A stretch of 63,994 nucleotides of DNA, counting the filler, from Asterionella formosa (taxonomy: Eukaryota), in assembly GCA_002256025.1 (NCBI GenBank). It is 16 parts of 16 records of this genome, joined end to end, with 100 filler letters (N's around TTAATTAATTAA, not from the genome) between each part and the next. Parts side by side here need not be neighbours in the genome. Positions count along the whole stretch, not along the records: positions 60,188 to 63,994 come from NKIB01013896.1; 15 more parts are not named here. One strand, written 5' to 3'. Positions 61,492-63,994 of this stretch are shown in pieces (the stretch's first letter is position 1; each line of letters begins with the position of its first letter). A model generated the notes under the pieces. That model saw only the letters and a program-made list of their open reading frames with translations. It was not told where the DNA came from and searched no databases. The translations under genes and the position numbers were made by a program.

Positions 61492-63773
61492 TCAAGGATA
61501 GCATGCATTGCAGCAGTTGCACTGCAGGGTTCCCTCTCCCTTTATATTACAGTCTGTTGCCAAAAAGGATAAATCAAACTTGTCTTTGAGAGTACACACC
61601 GATGCAGGGACACTGCCTGTTAACTTGTTGCGATAGAGCTTTAGCATTTGCAAAGATTCAAGTTGTCCAAACTCGGTGGGAATGGTACCAGACAAAGCAT
61701 TTTCGTGGACTTCTAATTTGAGGAGTTTGTAGTTTTTCCCAATTTCCGAGGGAATGTGACCAGTCAATTTGTTATTGTACATTTGAACATCTCTCAAACT
61801 GTCAATGTTGCCATATTCAGTTGGAATTTTATCTTTCAACTGGTTGTTGAAAACGTAAAATGTTTCAAGATCGTTCAATAGTCCATACGACGAGGGCAAA
61901 GTTCCGTTGAGTGCATTATTGTCAGCATACACAATCCTCAAATCATTCAACGTAGAAAACGTGTCCGGCAAGGTACCAACTAACTTGTTTTTGTACACTT
62001 GAATCTCTTGGATACGAGGCATCAAGTTCCAAACATTGGGGATGGTCCCAGTAAGCTCATTGCTGTCTACATAAAACAACTCCAAATGTACCAGCTTTTG
62101 AATCGATTCAGGAATGCTGCCAACGAATGCATTCTTGCGAAGGCGAAGGTCAATAAGCTCCTTGAGCGACATGATTTCTGCAGGAATTGTGCCTTTTAAT
62201 AAGTTGTTGTCCAAGTAGACAATGAGTAGTTGCGTGCACGTCCAAAGGTTTGGGATTGTTCCAGTGAGGAAGTTTTCGTCAAGACCAAGCGCGCGCAATG
62301 TTGTGAGTTTACCAATTTCCGAAGGAATAGGTCCAGTCAGCTTGTTGGTTCCAAAGAAAAGATCGCGTATGGCCACTAACGAACCAATCTCGGTGTGGAT
62401 GGTTCCAACGAGATCGTTTCCTTCCAAGTAGAGCTCATCTGTTTGTCGGTGTCGGAAAAAATAATTCATAGTCAACAAATTCATTAGCAGGGCACAGCAA
62501 AATCTGCCGCAGTGAAAGAAAACAGAAATAGAAACTTACTCAGCAATTTCATTCCGAATAAGGCCTTCGGGATAGTTCCAGAAATGATATTGTTTCCCAA
62601 ATCCAAAGAAATCAAATTCTCAAAGGCGACCAATTCGCTGGGAATAGTTCCTACGACGTTGTTGTCCGTCAAGTTCAATTTCACGATATCAGAATTCTCA
62701 TTGTATTGCGAAATCTTAGTTCCTTCCTGCACACGTTGAGGACAGGTTACCCCATACCATTCACAAATGCCCTTTTCCGTCATCCAATTGTCTTGTTGCA
62801 CCCATCCTCCCTCCTTGTTGGAGACACTTGCCTTTTGATCATGAAGTTCGGCATTCAAGTATGTGGAAAAGTAGAATACGGCCAATGCATATCGCTGAAG
62901 GAGGGCAGCGTGGTCTGTTGCCAGCTGTGCGGGGTCAAAGTCCGTCATCCAACGCAATGCCAAGTTTTGGGCTGTGCCACGGGCATCAAGGTGCTCTTGT
63001 GCTGTAAAGGTCGAATCTATGATGGAGTTACGAATGGCATGATACCTTACTTCATCTTCAATCGGCACAGTACTAGATGAAGTGGAGCTTCCAGTAGTAG
63101 CTCGGTGCACAATGGCGACAATGCCAAAGATAAACAAGCCCAATCCCATACTTCCAAGGCACAACATGCTCATCAACTTTAGGTTCATACCGGCTATACA
63201 TCCAGTGACGCACTCAGCAAGGATGGCACACAATCCAACGACTGTATGGAAAATGGCCAAGCACGTATCGCCGATACATGCAACGATGGTAACCCTTTCA
63301 CTTTGCCCCATGAATTCCTCACATTCCGTGGATCGAGACATGGCATCCCCATGAGCACTCCATGTACTTGACCGACGCGGTGGCAAATTGACCGGTACCT
63401 CATTTTCCATACCCGTCCTGGCTGTGAAGCGAGGGATCATGGCAGAAATACTCCTTGCTATTCCTCCGCCACTCGATAATGGTGAGGGCGTGCCGCGCCC
63501 CATCAAAATGACATGAGTGGTGTCATGCCCTGCTTGAGCATCATCTTCGTCCCATAGAAAGCGACGAGCATTTTCAATGGCCCCTTCTGGGGGCTGGTGT
63601 TGGTGAGTACGGGTATGACTACCGCGAGAGAGAGTGGAACAGGCAGGTGATGCTCCAGGCGCTGATCCATAATCTTGCCCGGACGCGGCGGCTTCCATCA
63701 TGTCGAGCTGCCTTTGGCGAGCAGCTTTGCGCTCATACTGAGATTGGTTCGCATGTAATGCGTTGGATGACAT
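61492..63773 (-). CDS. Type II membrane leucine-rich-repeat protein, 2 exons (63773-62540, 62438-61492), 726 aa
   Basis: TM helix; QRYALAVFYFST...CEWYGVTC cap; many 24-aa LxxLxLxxNxLxGxIP repeats; C-terminal DC...CNCCNAC. The GT62539..AG62439 intron is in phase. Confidence 0.93.
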
Positions 63774-63994
63774 GCTGCTTCTGGCTATCTATCCTGGAAC
63801 ACGAGCGATCCTTCAAGGGGGTTTGTAAACGTGATTCTGTTGGGGAGGAAATGGGGAATTAAAAATGACCAAAATGAATTTCCAATCGACGTGAAATGAC
63901 TCTCCAATAAAGTCAAGAGTGATGATGCCACTGTTACTGGATCCTTCTTGGACTCTGCCTCCGTTCGTTCACAGCGATTGGAGGGACGGATTGC

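Overview
This is not one locus. It is 16 unrelated ~3.9-kb contigs, roughly length-sorted and joined by 15 artificial 100-nt linkers (N44-TTAATTAATTAA-N44), so no neighbourhood inference is valid across a linker. The source is a eukaryote with GT-AG introns and a complex plastid, most likely a diatom. Host genes include: a Zn(II)2Cys6 transcription factor; complex I NDUFB8; a 4-exon ammonium transporter; a DOMON/copper monooxygenase with one frameshift; a TPR protein; a signal-peptide Cdc48 (SELMA type); UPRT; a helicase-associated-domain protein; a HAD IIA hydrolase; an RCC1-repeat protein; a SAM methyltransferase; and ARM and LRR proteins. Roughly half the window is transposon-derived: two Plavaka-like transposases, Copia, Gypsy, a LINE with RNase H, a complete non-autonomous PIF/Harbinger element with TAA duplication, tRNA-headed SINE-like elements, a MITE and a possible Helitron-like repeat. 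The most unusual signal is a recurrent class of 3-7-nt insertions made of a duplicated target plus a palindromic linker. They break several unrelated ORFs and repeats, and appear to build the GGTACC(T/A) arrays found upstream of genes. All calls come from manual motif recognition; no searches were run.
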